Positions 54,519-64,000 of a stretch of DNA of 64,000 bases are shown one piece after another. Both the position numbers and the translations under genes were made by a program. Under the pieces are notes generated by a model. That model ran no database searches and was not told the DNA's origin. It worked only from the letters and a program-made list of their open reading frames with translations. This DNA comes from Cyanobacteriota bacterium (GTDB lineage: Bacteria > Cyanobacteriota > Cyanobacteriia > Thermostichales > Thermostichaceae). How positions within the stretch are numbered: the first letter of the stretch is position 1; each line of letters begins with the position of its first letter. The DNA is taken from positions 32,001-96,000 of the forward strand of contig JANRIL010000006.1 in the NCBI GenBank assembly GCA_033764955.1. Direction: 5' to 3'.

Positions 54519-56519
54519 TTAAGCCAGCAAGGCGCGGGCGGTATTCAACACATTCTCCACCGTGATGCCAAACTTCTCCATACAGACCGGACCAGGCGCA
54601 GAGGCTCCAAAGGTGTCGATACCAATAGCTTTCCCTTGGTCACCGACATATTTGCTCCAGCCAAAGGTGCTTCCTGCCTCTAGGGAAATCCGCTTTTTGA
54701 CGCCGGGGGGCAATACCTCATCTCGATAGCTCTGGGGTTGCGCCTCAAACAGCTCCCAACAGGGCATGGAAACCACCCGCACAGCTTTTCCTTCCTCCGC
54801 CAGGGTGGCCGCCGCCTTGACCACCACTTCCACTTCCGATCCAGTGGCGATCAAAATCAGCTCAGGGTTTGGGGCATCCACCACCACATAGGCTCCCTTC
54901 GCTACCCCTTCTATGGAGGATCCAGCGATCGGGTTGAGGGCTTGTCGCGTAAACACCAACAAAGAGGGAGTTTTGGCTGACTCAATCGCCACCGTGTAGG
55001 ATCCCACCGTTTCACGGGCATCCGCCGGACGGAAGACATAAAGGTTGGGAATCACCCGTAGGGAAGCAATCGTCTCGACGGGCTGGTGGGTGGGGCCGTC
55101 TTCTCCCAAAGCCACCGAGTCGTGGGTCATGACATGCAGCACCCGCACCTGAGACAGCGCCGACAAACGAATCGCCGCCCGCATATAGTCCGTAAAGATC
55201 AAGAAGGTAGCATCGTAGGGAATTAAGCCCCCGTGCAGAGTCATGCCATTAACAATCGCCCCCATGCCATGCTCCCGCACCCCAAACCGGAAGTTGCGGC
55301 CTTCATAGGATCCGGGCTGAAAATCCGGGATCCCTTTCATGTAGGTCATGTTGGAGTGCGCCAAATCGGCGGATCCCCCCAACAACTCAGGCAGAGCTGG
55401 AGCTAGGGCATTCAAGCAAAACTTGGAGAGGTTGCGGGTAGACTCTTTGCCAGTTTCCGCTACGGGGGCGAGGGCTTCTTTCCAGCCGGAGGGCAACTCA
55501 CCCGCCATCATCCGTTGAAACTCAGCCGCTTCGGCTGGATAGGCTTTTTGATAAGCCGCAAACTTCTCGTTCCACTCCGCCTCTAATTGAGATCCCTTGT
55601 CGATGGCTTGGCGGAAATGCTTGAGCACATCCTCCGGCACCAAAAACGTGGGTTCAAGGGGCCAGCCCAGTTTTTCTTTGGTCAGTTGCACTTCGGTATC
55701 CCCCAGAGGCGCTCCATGCACATCAGCGGTTCCGGCTTTGTTGGGGGATCCATAGCCAATGGTTGTGGTGACCACAATAAAGGAGGGTTTGTCGGTGACG
55801 GCTTTGGCATTGTCGAGAGCCGTGGCAATCGCTGCTAGATCATGGTTGCCGTCCGCCACATATTGCACATGCCAGCCATAAGCTTCGTAACGCTTGCCCA
55901 CATCTTCCGTAAAAGCCAGATCGGTGCTGCCATCAATCGAGATGCTGTTGCTGTCATAGAGCATGATCAGCTTGCCCAGCTTGAGGTGTCCGGCCAGAGA
56001 AGCGGCTTCACTGGCTATCCCCTCCATGTTGCATCCATCCCCCAAGATCACATAGGTATAGTGGTCAACGATGGTGTGTCCCGGTTTGTTAAACTTGGCG
56101 GCTAAGTGAGCCTCGGCAATCGCCAAACCCACCGCATTGCCTACCCCTTGGCCGAGGGGACCGGTGGTGACTTCTACGCCGGGGGTTTCAAAATTTTCGG
56201 GATGACCGGGGGTTTTGCTTCCCCATTGGCGAAATTGTTTGAGGTCATCCATGCTCAGATCATAGCCAGTCAGGTGCAGCAAGGCATATTGCAACATGCA
56301 GCCATGCCCCGCCGAGAGAATAAAGCGATCCCGATCCACCCACTTCGGATTTTGGGGATTAAAGCGCATAAACTGCTGCCAGAGCACATAGGCCATCGGG
56401 GCTGCTCCCATGGGCAGTCCAGGGTGACCGGATTTAGCTTTTTGTACAGCATCGACCGCCAAAAAGCGGATCGTATTGATGGAAAGTTCGGCTAGGGAGG
56501 GGGGAGCGGCAGTTGGCAT
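54519..56519 (-). CDS. tkt: Transketolase
   Basis: [39 protein letters not shown]. Confidence 0.98.
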   Translation of the reverse strand: MPTAAPPSLAELSINTIRFLAVDAVQKAKSGHPGLPMGAAPMAYVLWQQFMRFNPQNPKWVDRDRFILSAGHGCMLQYALLHLTGYDLSMDDLKQFRQWGSKTPGHPENFETPGVEVTTGPLGQGVGNAVGLAIAEAHLAAKFNKPGHTIVDHYTYVILGDGCNMEGIASEAASLAGHLKLGKLIMLYDSNSISIDGSTDLAFTEDVGKRYEAYGWHVQYVADGNHDLAAIATALDNAKAVTDKPSFIVVTTTIGYGSPNKAGTADVHGAPLGDTEVQLTKEKLGWPLEPTFLVPEDVLKHFRQAIDKGSQLEAEWNEKFAAYQKAYPAEAAEFQRMMAGELPSGWKEALAPVAETGKESTRNLSKFCLNALAPALPELLGGSADLAHSNMTYMKGIPDFQPGSYEGRNFRFGVREHGMGAIVNGMTLHGGLIPYDATFLIFTDYMRAAIRLSALSQVRVLHVMTHDSVALGEDGPTHQPVETIASLRVIPNLYVFRPADARETVGSYTVAIESAKTPSLLVFTRQALNPIAGSSIEGVAKGAYVVVDAPNPELILIATGSEVEVVVKAAATLAEEGKAVRVVSMPCWELFEAQPQSYRDEVLPPGVKKRISLEAGSTFGWSKYVGDQGKAIGIDTFGASAPGPVCMEKFGITVENVLNTARALLA

Positions 56520-56715
56520 AGTCTCTGTCCTTACGTCAGCACAGCAACGTTCTCACTGTAGCAGTAGAGGGGAGACGGATTGACCTCCCTCGCCAATCTC
56601 TGGGCTAAATTCCATCCAGACGGGATCCCTTTTCACTGATTTCTTAGGGATTTTTCATCGCTCTTGGCTTCCTTTAGCCACCATCGCTCCTCCCTATCCT
56701 CCCAACCAAAGGACA

Positions 56716-57579
56716 CTAGGGGGCAAACAACTGAGCAACTGCCGTAATATGCTCAGCACCATAGCCCTGAGCTACCGCCTTCTCATAAACCTGCTGCATG
56801 GTGGTGCTGACGGGGGTAAAGGAGGCTGGAGAATGTGCCAGGAGATAGCGAAAGTCTTTCTCAACCAGGGCGATTGGAAATAGGGGAGTGTGCTGATTGG
56901 CGGCGATCAAACAGCCTGCCCCCTGCGCGGCTGGGCTGATCACCGGTAGTTGACTGAGACAGACCATCGCTGGTAGGGCTGGGATCCCTTGCTGTCCCAG
57001 GATTGCCAACGCCTCCGCCAGAGCGGCAACTTGTGTGCCAAACAGCCCATTCACCGCCAGTTTCATCGCCATACCCTGCCCGATTGAGCCGATAGAGTGA
57101 ATTGTGGCGATTCCGGCACTGTGCAGAACAGGTTCAACGACTTTGAGGATGTCGGGATCCCCCCCTGCCAGCCCGATCAGTTTGCCAGCCTCCGCTTGGG
57201 GACGGGATCCCACAACAGGCACCTCCAGAAAGGGAATGTCCCGCTGAGCAAGAGTGGTGGCTAGGGTTTTTGTCCATGCCACGGTCAGGGTACTGGACTC
57301 AAGGGCAATCTGCTGGGATCCCATCCCTAGGCTGGCTCCGATCTGAGGATCTAACCAGATCTGACGGGATGCCTCGTCGTCGGTGACCATACTGATCACA
57401 AGGTTGGCTTGCTCGGCGGCTTCCCTGGGGGTGATAGCTAGGGTAGCTCCTTTTTCCAGTAAGGGCTGAGCTTTGCTGACCGTCCGGTTATAGACCACCA
57501 CGGCGTAGTCAGCTTTCAGCAAATTGTGGGCGAGGCGGGATCCCATCGCGCCGCTGCCAAGAATGGCGATCCGGTTCAT
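56716..57579 (-). CDS. NAD(P)-dependent oxidoreductase (3-hydroxyisobutyrate dehydrogenase family)
   Basis: LGSGAMG, YNRT, PVVGSRPQAEAG, MKLAVN, KDF. Confidence 0.92.
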   Translation of the reverse strand: MNRIAILGSGAMGSRLAHNLLKADYAVVVYNRTVSKAQPLLEKGATLAITPREAAEQANLVISMVTDDEASRQIWLDPQIGASLGMGSQQIALESSTLTVAWTKTLATTLAQRDIPFLEVPVVGSRPQAEAGKLIGLAGGDPDILKVVEPVLHSAGIATIHSIGSIGQGMAMKLAVNGLFGTQVAALAEALAILGQQGIPALPAMVCLSQLPVISPAAQGAGCLIAANQHTPLFPIALVEKDFRYLLAHSPASFTPVSTTMQQVYEKAVAQGYGAEHITAVAQLFAP

Positions 57580-57662
57580 AGCGGGTTCTCTCTAGAAGGT
57601 GATAAAAACCACGGTATAGGCTGCGGAGGAAGCAATAAAGATGAATTTGTGAATGGCTCTCG

Positions 57663-57675
57663 TGCGATATTGGCA
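57663..57675. promoter_or_regulatory. Putative LysR T-N11-A box
   Basis: TGC-GATATTG-GCA dyad between the divergent oxidoreductase and LysR genes. Confidence 0.45.
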
Positions 57676-57721
57676 TGAATCATCCAGTGAGAGGGTGGGC
57701 AGTCGAAGAGCGGTTTTGCCT

Positions 57722-58618
57722 ATGGATCTATCGGTGTTGAAGCTATTTGTGGAAGTAGTACGGCAGGGCAGTTTTGCGGCGGTGGCGCGGGAGCATCAAA
57801 TGGATCCTTCCTCCGTCTCACGAGCCATCGCGGGTTTAGAGGCCGAACTAGGGATCCGCCTTTTTCAACGCACCACGCGTCAGTTATCCCCCACGGAGGC
57901 AGGGGCAGCCTATTTTCAGCGTATACAGCCCCTGATCGAGGAGATTGAGCAGGCCAGAGCAATGGCGACAGATCTGTCGGGTCAACCCAAGGGATCCCTG
58001 CGGGTGACGGCTTCGGTGGCTTTTGGGTTGACCTGTATCGTTCCTCATTTGCCCAGGTTTGCCGCCCTTTATCCGACCTTGACGGTAGATTTGCTGCTCA
58101 CCGATACGGTGGTGGATTTGTTGACGGAGCGGGTTGATCTGGCGATTCGGCTAGGACTACTGGCGGATTCTTCCCTGATGGCGCAACGGCTGATGCCCAC
58201 CCACTATCGGGTTTGTGCTAGTCCCGACTACTTGCGGCGAGCCGGATCCCCGGCGCAACCTCAGGATATCGAGGAGCACGATTGTTTACGCTTTCCATTG
58301 CCGGGATTTCGCTCCCGTTGGATCTTTCAGGATAGCCAGGGATCCCTGAGGGAGGTAGCCGTGCAAGGACGAATCGTGATTTCCAATGCCCTCGCTTTGC
58401 GGGAGTGTGCCAAGGCAGGCATGGGATTAGCGTTGCTCCCGAACTGGTTAATTGCCGCCGATCTGAAAGAGGGAGGTTTAATCCACCTCTTCCCTAACTA
58501 TCAGGTGACAGCCACCGATTTCCACACAGCCGCTTGGCTAGTCTACCCCTCTCGCGCCTATATTCCCGGAAAGGTAAGAGTTTTTATGGAGTTTTTGAAG
58601 CAATCTCTGGCTATCTAA
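57722..58618 (+). CDS. LysR-family regulator (CrgA-like)
   Basis: GSFAAVAR..PSSVSRAI..LE.ELGIRLFQRTTR, DLAIRLG, ASPDYL. Confidence 0.95.
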   Translation: MDLSVLKLFVEVVRQGSFAAVAREHQMDPSSVSRAIAGLEAELGIRLFQRTTRQLSPTEAGAAYFQRIQPLIEEIEQARAMATDLSGQPKGSLRVTASVAFGLTCIVPHLPRFAALYPTLTVDLLLTDTVVDLLTERVDLAIRLGLLADSSLMAQRLMPTHYRVCASPDYLRRAGSPAQPQDIEEHDCLRFPLPGFRSRWIFQDSQGSLREVAVQGRIVISNALALRECAKAGMGLALLPNWLIAADLKEGGLIHLFPNYQVTATDFHTAAWLVYPSRAYIPGKVRVFMEFLKQSLAI

Positions 58619-58756
58619 GCAGCTATCCTCAAAATTTCTCGGCCAAGAGAGTAGATTTTCCTAACCTATTTAGTCATCCCGTCGAATGAGCCTATGCGAT
58701 TTTTGGCAAGACCTGTCTAGACTATAGACAGAATCTGACTCAGGAAAACTTGCCCT

Positions 58757-59119
58757 ATGCCCGATCAGCAACAGCCCGCCCCTTCTCCCACGGATTCTCC
58801 TGTCGATGAAGTGATCGATATCGAAATTATCAACGGGGAACCAACCCCTGGGGGATCCCATACGGTTGAGGAACTCAAAATCAGCGGGGATGCCTTGGTA
58901 GCTAAGATCAAAGAATTGATTGACCAAACGAATGTCCGACGCATTCTCATCAAAAATCAAGAGGGTCAAGTGTTGCTAGAAATTCCCTTAGCGGTGGGAG
59001 TAACCGCAGGGGTAATTGGAGCTGCTCTTTTTCCTGTGTTTGCGGGGCTAGGGGCAATCGGTGCTCTAGTGGCTAATTTAACGATTGTGGTTGAACGGGT
59101 AGAGGATGGGGCTCCTTGA
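58757..59119 (+). CDS. DUF4342-domain protein
   Basis: EELKISGDALVAKIKELI...NVRRILIK....LLEIPL.VG. Confidence 0.88.
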   Translation: MPDQQQPAPSPTDSPVDEVIDIEIINGEPTPGGSHTVEELKISGDALVAKIKELIDQTNVRRILIKNQEGQVLLEIPLAVGVTAGVIGAALFPVFAGLGAIGALVANLTIVVERVEDGAP

Positions 59120-59252
59120 AGAAAAAACTCTCCATCAACTTGCCTACTCATGAATATCTTTCCTGATGGATTTTTCGGATGGATTTTTTAATCATCCCTG
59201 TTGACCATCTCATTTGCTATCTTAAAAACTACATTTTTGCTGGGTAAGAATC

Positions 59253-59972
59253 ATGTTAATTAGTGCCAAACCCACAGCACAAACAACCACTTCAGAAATT
59301 ATCTATCCCAGTCAGGATGGTGAACCGTTGGCGGAAACACAAGAACACGTTTGGGTTATATTGATCACCCTCAGTATTTTGAGTCAATACCTCAGCCAGC
59401 AACCAGCCGTCGTTTTTGCCAATCAGTTTCTCTACTACATAGAAGGCAACCCCAAAGCCAGGGTAGCTCCCGATGTCATGGTTGTTTTTAATATTCCTCC
59501 CGGCATGAGAGGCAACTATAAAATTTGGCAGGAAGAAGAAACCCCCGCCATTATCTTTGAGATGACCTCTGCTGGTACAAAAGAGCATGATTGGGGATTC
59601 AAAAAAAATCTTTATGAACAATTGGGTGTGCAGGAATACTGGCTTTTTGACCCTTACGGGGATTGGATTGCCGATCAATTGCGGGGCTATAGTCTGAATG
59701 AGGATGGCATCTACAAACCCATTCATGATTCCTCTAGCCAGGTTTTGTCACTCCGACTGCAACCCAATGGATATTTAATTGATTTCTACCGCTTGGATGA
59801 TGGGGAAAAACTGCTCACTCCCGACGAGTTATTGACGGCTGCTCAACAGGAACACCAACGGGCCGAACAGGAGCATCAACGAGCCGAACAGGAGCGCCAA
59901 CGGGCGGAACAGGAGCGCCAACGAGCCGAGCAGCTTGCCGAACAACTGCGGAGACTGGGGGTAGATGTTTGA
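59253..59972 (+). CDS. Uma2-family (DUF820) endonuclease-like protein
   Basis: YPSQDGEPLAET, VAPDVMV, FEMTS, LGVQEYWLFDP; C-terminal QRAE repeats. Confidence 0.93.
   Translation: MLISAKPTAQTTTSEIIYPSQDGEPLAETQEHVWVILITLSILSQYLSQQPAVVFANQFLYYIEGNPKARVAPDVMVVFNIPPGMRGNYKIWQEEETPAIIFEMTSAGTKEHDWGFKKNLYEQLGVQEYWLFDPYGDWIADQLRGYSLNEDGIYKPIHDSSSQVLSLRLQPNGYLIDFYRLDDGEKLLTPDELLTAAQQEHQRAEQEHQRAEQERQRAEQERQRAEQLAEQLRRLGVDV
59847..59930 (+). repeat. 4 x 21-bp coding tandem repeat (QE[H/R]QRAE)
   Basis: CAGGA(A/G)C(A/G)(C/T)CAACG(G/A)GC(C/G)GA(A/G) x4. Confidence 0.9.
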
Positions 59973-60409
59973 GCCATCTCTGGGGACTGGCCTCAAACTG
60001 GTACAAATTTCGTAAAGTAGCTACAACAAGAAAGGTTCATGACCATGAGCGGCCACTGCTGCCCTATCCTCACCTACCGGACTGCGCTGCATGGCTGGAT
60101 GCTGAGCCCCACGACCAGAGCCGATAGCAGGGGGCCGTGCGACTCTCCTCGACAAAGGTGGCTCCCGCCGCCAGCAAATTGGGATTGAGGGCTAACCCCC
60201 ACATCAGGATTCCATTGACAGCAAAAAGCATGACAACATCTCAAACAGGGATCCCGACCTCCCTCCCCGACCTCCCTCGCCGCGAACGGAGGGGATCTGG
60301 TCAATAACCCAGATACCTCGGCGATTTTACCCTAGGTGGCGACTATTCTGGTGTTTGTGGGGGGACTGCACCATGATTGACCCATTGCCAGCCAGGATTA
60401 AAGCCCGAC

Positions 60410-60784
60410 CTAAGGGATGGTGCAGGTCAACAGAATGCTCCGGGGGTACTGGCTTTGCAGGGTGGTCTGTCGTTGCGGATCGGGTCGGCCATAGGTGGCG
60501 AGACTTTGTAACTGATCAGGAGTGGGCGGGGTGTCACGGATCTCTTCTCCCAGGCTGCTAAACAGGATCACCCTCTGGAGTCGGATCTGGCGGCGTTGGG
60601 CGCGTTGGTAAATCTCCGCGTATTGTGTGACCACCTGCTGCCACTGCGTCGGGGGACAGTAGCTGCGTTCTATCAACAGAACTGGGTGAGGGGTCGTGAA
60701 AGTGTAAAGCCCTATGCTCGCCAAGGCAAAACCTAGCCAACCCAGGATCAGGATACGTAAAAGCTTCTGGTTCAGTCGTCCCAT
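60410..60784 (-). CDS. Single-TM hypothetical protein, possible truncated vWA-like fold
   Basis: N-terminal TM; VLLIERSYC; VILFSSLG; GAGG RBS; 17 nt after the vWA gene. Confidence 0.75.
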   Translation of the reverse strand: MGRLNQKLLRILILGWLGFALASIGLYTFTTPHPVLLIERSYCPPTQWQQVVTQYAEIYQRAQRRQIRLQRVILFSSLGEEIRDTPPTPDQLQSLATYGRPDPQRQTTLQSQYPRSILLTCTIP

Positions 60785-60801
60785 GGCGGTGTCCTCGGAG
60801 C

Positions 60802-62574
60802 CTAGAGATTGGTTTGAAACAGATCTTTGAGCAAGGTTTGCACATTACTGGGGGTGCCCGCCTGGACGGTCGATTCCCGTAATCCAGCAATGGCCTGCAT
60901 TTCCGCCTGATTGACTTCACCATAGGCGATGGGATAAACGCGAATACCGCTATAGGCCAATACGTCACGAATATCGGCAAATCCATAGCCCCGGTTGGTC
61001 TCACCGTCCGAGAGCACCAAGAGATAATAGCGACCATTGGGATCCTGCTGCTGCCGATTCATTAGCTCGGCCAAACCGACCATCATGCCGTCATACATGG
61101 CCGTTCCTCCATCGGCCACGAGCCTATCAATGGCGGCCAGCAGGCGTTGATGGTGTAGTGTCTCAAAGGGAGCTAAGGGCAGTACAGAACGCACCACATC
61201 ACTAAAGGTGACCAACCCCACCTGGTTGCCTGCGTTGATCTGACCGCTGGCAATGCGTAGTCCTTCTTTGACCGAGGTGAGGCGATTGCTATCATTCATG
61301 GAACCACTGACATCGATCACCAACATCAGGTAAACCGTTTGTCCGCCATCTTTGCGTTGTTTCCAATAGGTCTGCGCCGCCGTCAAGACCTCACCCGATG
61401 GAATGGGGGGCAACCCAGGCGCTTGAAAATAGTCGGTTTCCGCAAACCCCTGCGCGGTCGCCAGTTGTTGCATGGCCGGGGATGTGGCGAAATCCCCAAA
61501 GAGTTGCAGTGCTTGCTGTTGGCTGGGAGTATTCCAGTCAAAGCCAACCAACGGATTGTGGTGCGGGATCCCGAAAGGAATAAAAGCGACATTTTCAAAC
61601 CCAGAGAGTTGCTTGAGGGTTTGGTAGTTTTGGTATTCCAGCGGAAATGCCTGCAATTGGTCGGGATCCCGAATGAAGATTTCCTGTAGATCTAGGGTGG
61701 TCACGGTTGTGATCAGCACTTGCTTTTGAAAAGCATCGAAGACGGAATGGATTTGGGGCGATGACAACTCGGTGGCCGTGAGCGGGCGACCATCCTGTTG
61801 GTGTCCCGCCGCTTGCCAGAGAATGGTGTAGAGCAAATTCAGGGCCGTGGAACTGGTGTAAGGGTTGGGATAGCCCACCCGATAGCTCCCCCCCAGGACG
61901 CGATCCAAGAACCGCTCAAAGGTCACCTCCCCGTCCGCCGCCAATTCTTGATAAACACGATCCTGAACCACAAAACCCGCCACATTGGGCACCAATTGTT
62001 CGATCACTGGGATCACCCCCACGCCCTGGCTGCGCACCATTTCTACCCACAGATCGTTGGAGGGAGAATAGCCCGCCGCTTCCACGGCTTGGGCACCGAG
62101 TAACCGCGCCGCACTCCCGGAGGGGATTTTGCGGATCCCGACCTGGATGCGTTCTCCCGACGGCAAGGAGACATTTTGGGCATTAAAGGCATCGGCCACA
62201 TCGATCAGCCAGCGTTCGTTTTGTTTGTCGGCATTGGCCTTTTCACTGGAGGTTAAAATCTCCAGATAAACCACATTGGCATCCCGTGAGGGTTGGGCAC
62301 CATAGAGGGGAAAGTCCTCCAGGTTGGGCAGCGGATCGGGGAGGCGATCAACGGCATAGCGGGCTGCCACCGGATCGCTGACGGGATCCGAGATCGGGTT
62401 AATTTTGGGAATCAAGGTCTCGGTCAAGACCTGACGGGCGGTGGCATAGGAATCCACCGGAGGCACTCGGGATCCCAAATCCTGTAGAAGACTACAGCCC
62501 CCTAAACCTAGCCAGAGCAACACCATCACGCCCAGGGATAGCCAGCGGTTGCATGTCTTCATGGGGATCCTCAT
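60802..62574 (-). CDS. Lipoprotein with substrate-binding-protein-like domain and C-terminal vWA
   Basis: LGGC lipobox; IPSG, YSPSN.LW, NPYTSSTALN; MIDAS IDVSGSM...GGTA...LSDGE. Confidence 0.9.
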   Translation of the reverse strand: MRIPMKTCNRWLSLGVMVLLWLGLGGCSLLQDLGSRVPPVDSYATARQVLTETLIPKINPISDPVSDPVAARYAVDRLPDPLPNLEDFPLYGAQPSRDANVVYLEILTSSEKANADKQNERWLIDVADAFNAQNVSLPSGERIQVGIRKIPSGSAARLLGAQAVEAAGYSPSNDLWVEMVRSQGVGVIPVIEQLVPNVAGFVVQDRVYQELAADGEVTFERFLDRVLGGSYRVGYPNPYTSSTALNLLYTILWQAAGHQQDGRPLTATELSSPQIHSVFDAFQKQVLITTVTTLDLQEIFIRDPDQLQAFPLEYQNYQTLKQLSGFENVAFIPFGIPHHNPLVGFDWNTPSQQQALQLFGDFATSPAMQQLATAQGFAETDYFQAPGLPPIPSGEVLTAAQTYWKQRKDGGQTVYLMLVIDVSGSMNDSNRLTSVKEGLRIASGQINAGNQVGLVTFSDVVRSVLPLAPFETLHHQRLLAAIDRLVADGGTAMYDGMMVGLAELMNRQQQDPNGRYYLLVLSDGETNRGYGFADIRDVLAYSGIRVYPIAYGEVNQAEMQAIAGLRESTVQAGTPSNVQTLLKDLFQTNL

Positions 62575-62599
62575 GGGGTCAACGGGGAAGAGTACTGCT

Positions 62600-63247
62600 C
62601 TAGGATGCCTGATCCGGCAGGAGTTGGAGAGCCGTTTTGTTAAGATCGATCACGATTTGTAACGGAACCAGGGTCGTGCTGGCCGTCCCCACGACCAACT
62701 GATCATGGAGTATCTGCATCTGTTCATTGGTGTGGCGCAGACGTTCGTAACTGGCATCCAATCGTTGCTGGGTCGGGGTTTGATAGCTAGGGGTCTGCAC
62801 CTGGGGCTGGGCAATCTGGGTCTCGATCACCTGGCGGAGCAGCGCCACCACCGTGAACAGCGTTTCCAAGAGATCTCCGGTCAAGGTGGGATCAAGGGTG
62901 ACAATGCGGTGGGCGGCTCTGTGGGTCTGTTCTGCCCAGGTAAAGGCTTGGCTGATTGGGAAGTGAGGGATCCCTGCACGGCGAGTCAAGGTCTGTAACT
63001 CCGCCAACTGCCGCCGAAAGACCTCTGGTTCCAAAATGTTGGCCGAACTTAGGGTTTGGGTGACCACCTGCGCCCAGGCCAGGATCATACTGCCACTCAG
63101 CAGCAATCCGGCCACCACTCCACTCCATCGCCACCCAATGGCCACGATCAAGCCAACCCACCCCAGGCCAATTCCGGCCAGCAAAAGGTAGGTGTGGGGT
63201 AGTCGCCAGATGGTGTTTGTATGGATGTTTGTCGTCAACCCAGTCAT
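62600..63247 (-). CDS. 2-TM membrane protein with helical C-terminus
   Basis: Two hydrophobic segments, then an amphipathic helical region; GGAG RBS; first gene of a 3-gene run. Confidence 0.75.
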   Translation of the reverse strand: MTGLTTNIHTNTIWRLPHTYLLLAGIGLGWVGLIVAIGWRWSGVVAGLLLSGSMILAWAQVVTQTLSSANILEPEVFRRQLAELQTLTRRAGIPHFPISQAFTWAEQTHRAAHRIVTLDPTLTGDLLETLFTVVALLRQVIETQIAQPQVQTPSYQTPTQQRLDASYERLRHTNEQMQILHDQLVVGTASTTLVPLQIVIDLNKTALQLLPDQAS

Positions 63248-63512
63248 GGGGGGTGCTCTCCAGGTGCGTGAGTGTCACGCATCTCTCCATGCAAGCGGCA
63301 GTGTGAGTCAGCCGCTCCATCCTAACACCGGCGACAAACCCCGACATTCACCCAACCAAGTCAAGCCCCGCCGAGGGTGGGCATTTGTCCCCAGAGTTTA
63401 GAAAGCTAGCCTTATTCACGAGCGACAGGAAAATCAAATGACAGGGCGGGGCAAATCCAATACTAAAATGCAGAACAGACATCCTTGCCCTCTCTCCACA
63501 GGTTAATCCCGC

Positions 63513-64000
63513 ATGACCTCTTCTGCCCCCACTCCTCCTGCCTTTTGCGATGGCATTCAGTATTTCGGATCTACCTGGGCAGGATTTGCGGACTATGGAC
63601 AAACCCCCGTTGTGGATGCGGAAAAAGGGCGGATCCTGGAAGTGGGATCCCCAGAGGCGGCTTATCAATGCTTACTCTATGCTGATGCCCTCCGCTACCT
63701 GACCCTGCAAATTACCGCCAGCAAAGCATCTGGGCATCCCGGCGGATTTGCCAGCCAAGCGGAAGCCTATGCTGCCTTTGTTTATCTTGGTTACAAAAAT
63801 ATACCGACGGAGGTGGGTCATCACGCGCCAGGGTTCTACAGTGCGATGTTTTTGGATGGATCCCTAGAGGCGATGGGGATCCAAACGGTGGCACAATTGC
63901 GGCAACGCTTTCGAGAGCGGGAGGGATTGTTAGGCCACTTGTCTGGCTACATTCCCGGCATCATGGCTCCGGCGGGTCCCCTCGGACAAGGCCAGCATTT
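63513..64000 (+). CDS. Phosphoketolase/transketolase-like ThDP enzyme (runs off the window end)
   Basis: Manual translation: FCDGIQYFG...YADALRYLTLQITASKASGHPGGFAS...TEVGHHAPGFYSAMFLD...LLGHLSG.IPG..APAGPLGQGQH. Confidence 0.85.
   Translation, partial: MTSSAPTPPAFCDGIQYFGSTWAGFADYGQTPVVDAEKGRILEVGSPEAAYQCLLYADALRYLTLQITASKASGHPGGFASQAEAYAAFVYLGYKNIPTEVGHHAPGFYSAMFLDGSLEAMGIQTVAQLRQRFREREGLLGHLSGYIPGIMAPAGPLGQGQH

Noticed and set aside
59847..59930. 21-bp repeats as a mini CRISPR array
   Set aside because: Contiguous, in frame and without spacers; the usual QRAE coiled-coil tail of cyanobacterial Uma2 proteins
60012..60024. NtcA site
   Set aside because: GTA-N7-TAC has the wrong spacing (N8 is required)
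60040..60305. Short ORFs and a 13-bp tandem repeat (CCCGACCTCCCTC x2, 60253-60278)
   Set aside because: No recognisable protein motif in any frame I translated; two copies are too little to support a call

Overview
A mostly core-genome window from a cyanobacterium. The octamer GGGATCCC is heavily over-represented (about 70 perfect copies by manual count, about 1 expected by chance), which points to the Thermostichus / hot-spring Synechococcus lineage or a relative. Housekeeping genes: hliA-like, serS, psaAB, folB, hemW, leuC, plmA, recA, the atpI-B-E-F'-F-H-A-G operon, gpmI, carB, cobM, tRNA-Ser(GCT), phoX with a Pho box, crtI, tkt and a partial phosphoketolase-like gene. I found no CRISPR array, prophage or intact IS. 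The features most worth following up are: (1) a protein with tandem MshEN-like (c-di-GMP-binding) modules at both ends of a long coiled coil, preceded by a candidate structured RNA and lying near a PAS-GGDEF-degenerate-EAL gene; (2) an uncharacterised three-gene envelope module (2-TM protein, lipoprotein SBP-vWA, mini-vWA-like protein); (3) an orphan HspR-type repressor beside a decayed IS630 fragment that the ORF track misses; (4) a Deinococcus-like CrtI; (5) terminator hairpins built from the GGGATCCC palindrome. All family assignments come from motif recognition by eye. No database searches were run.
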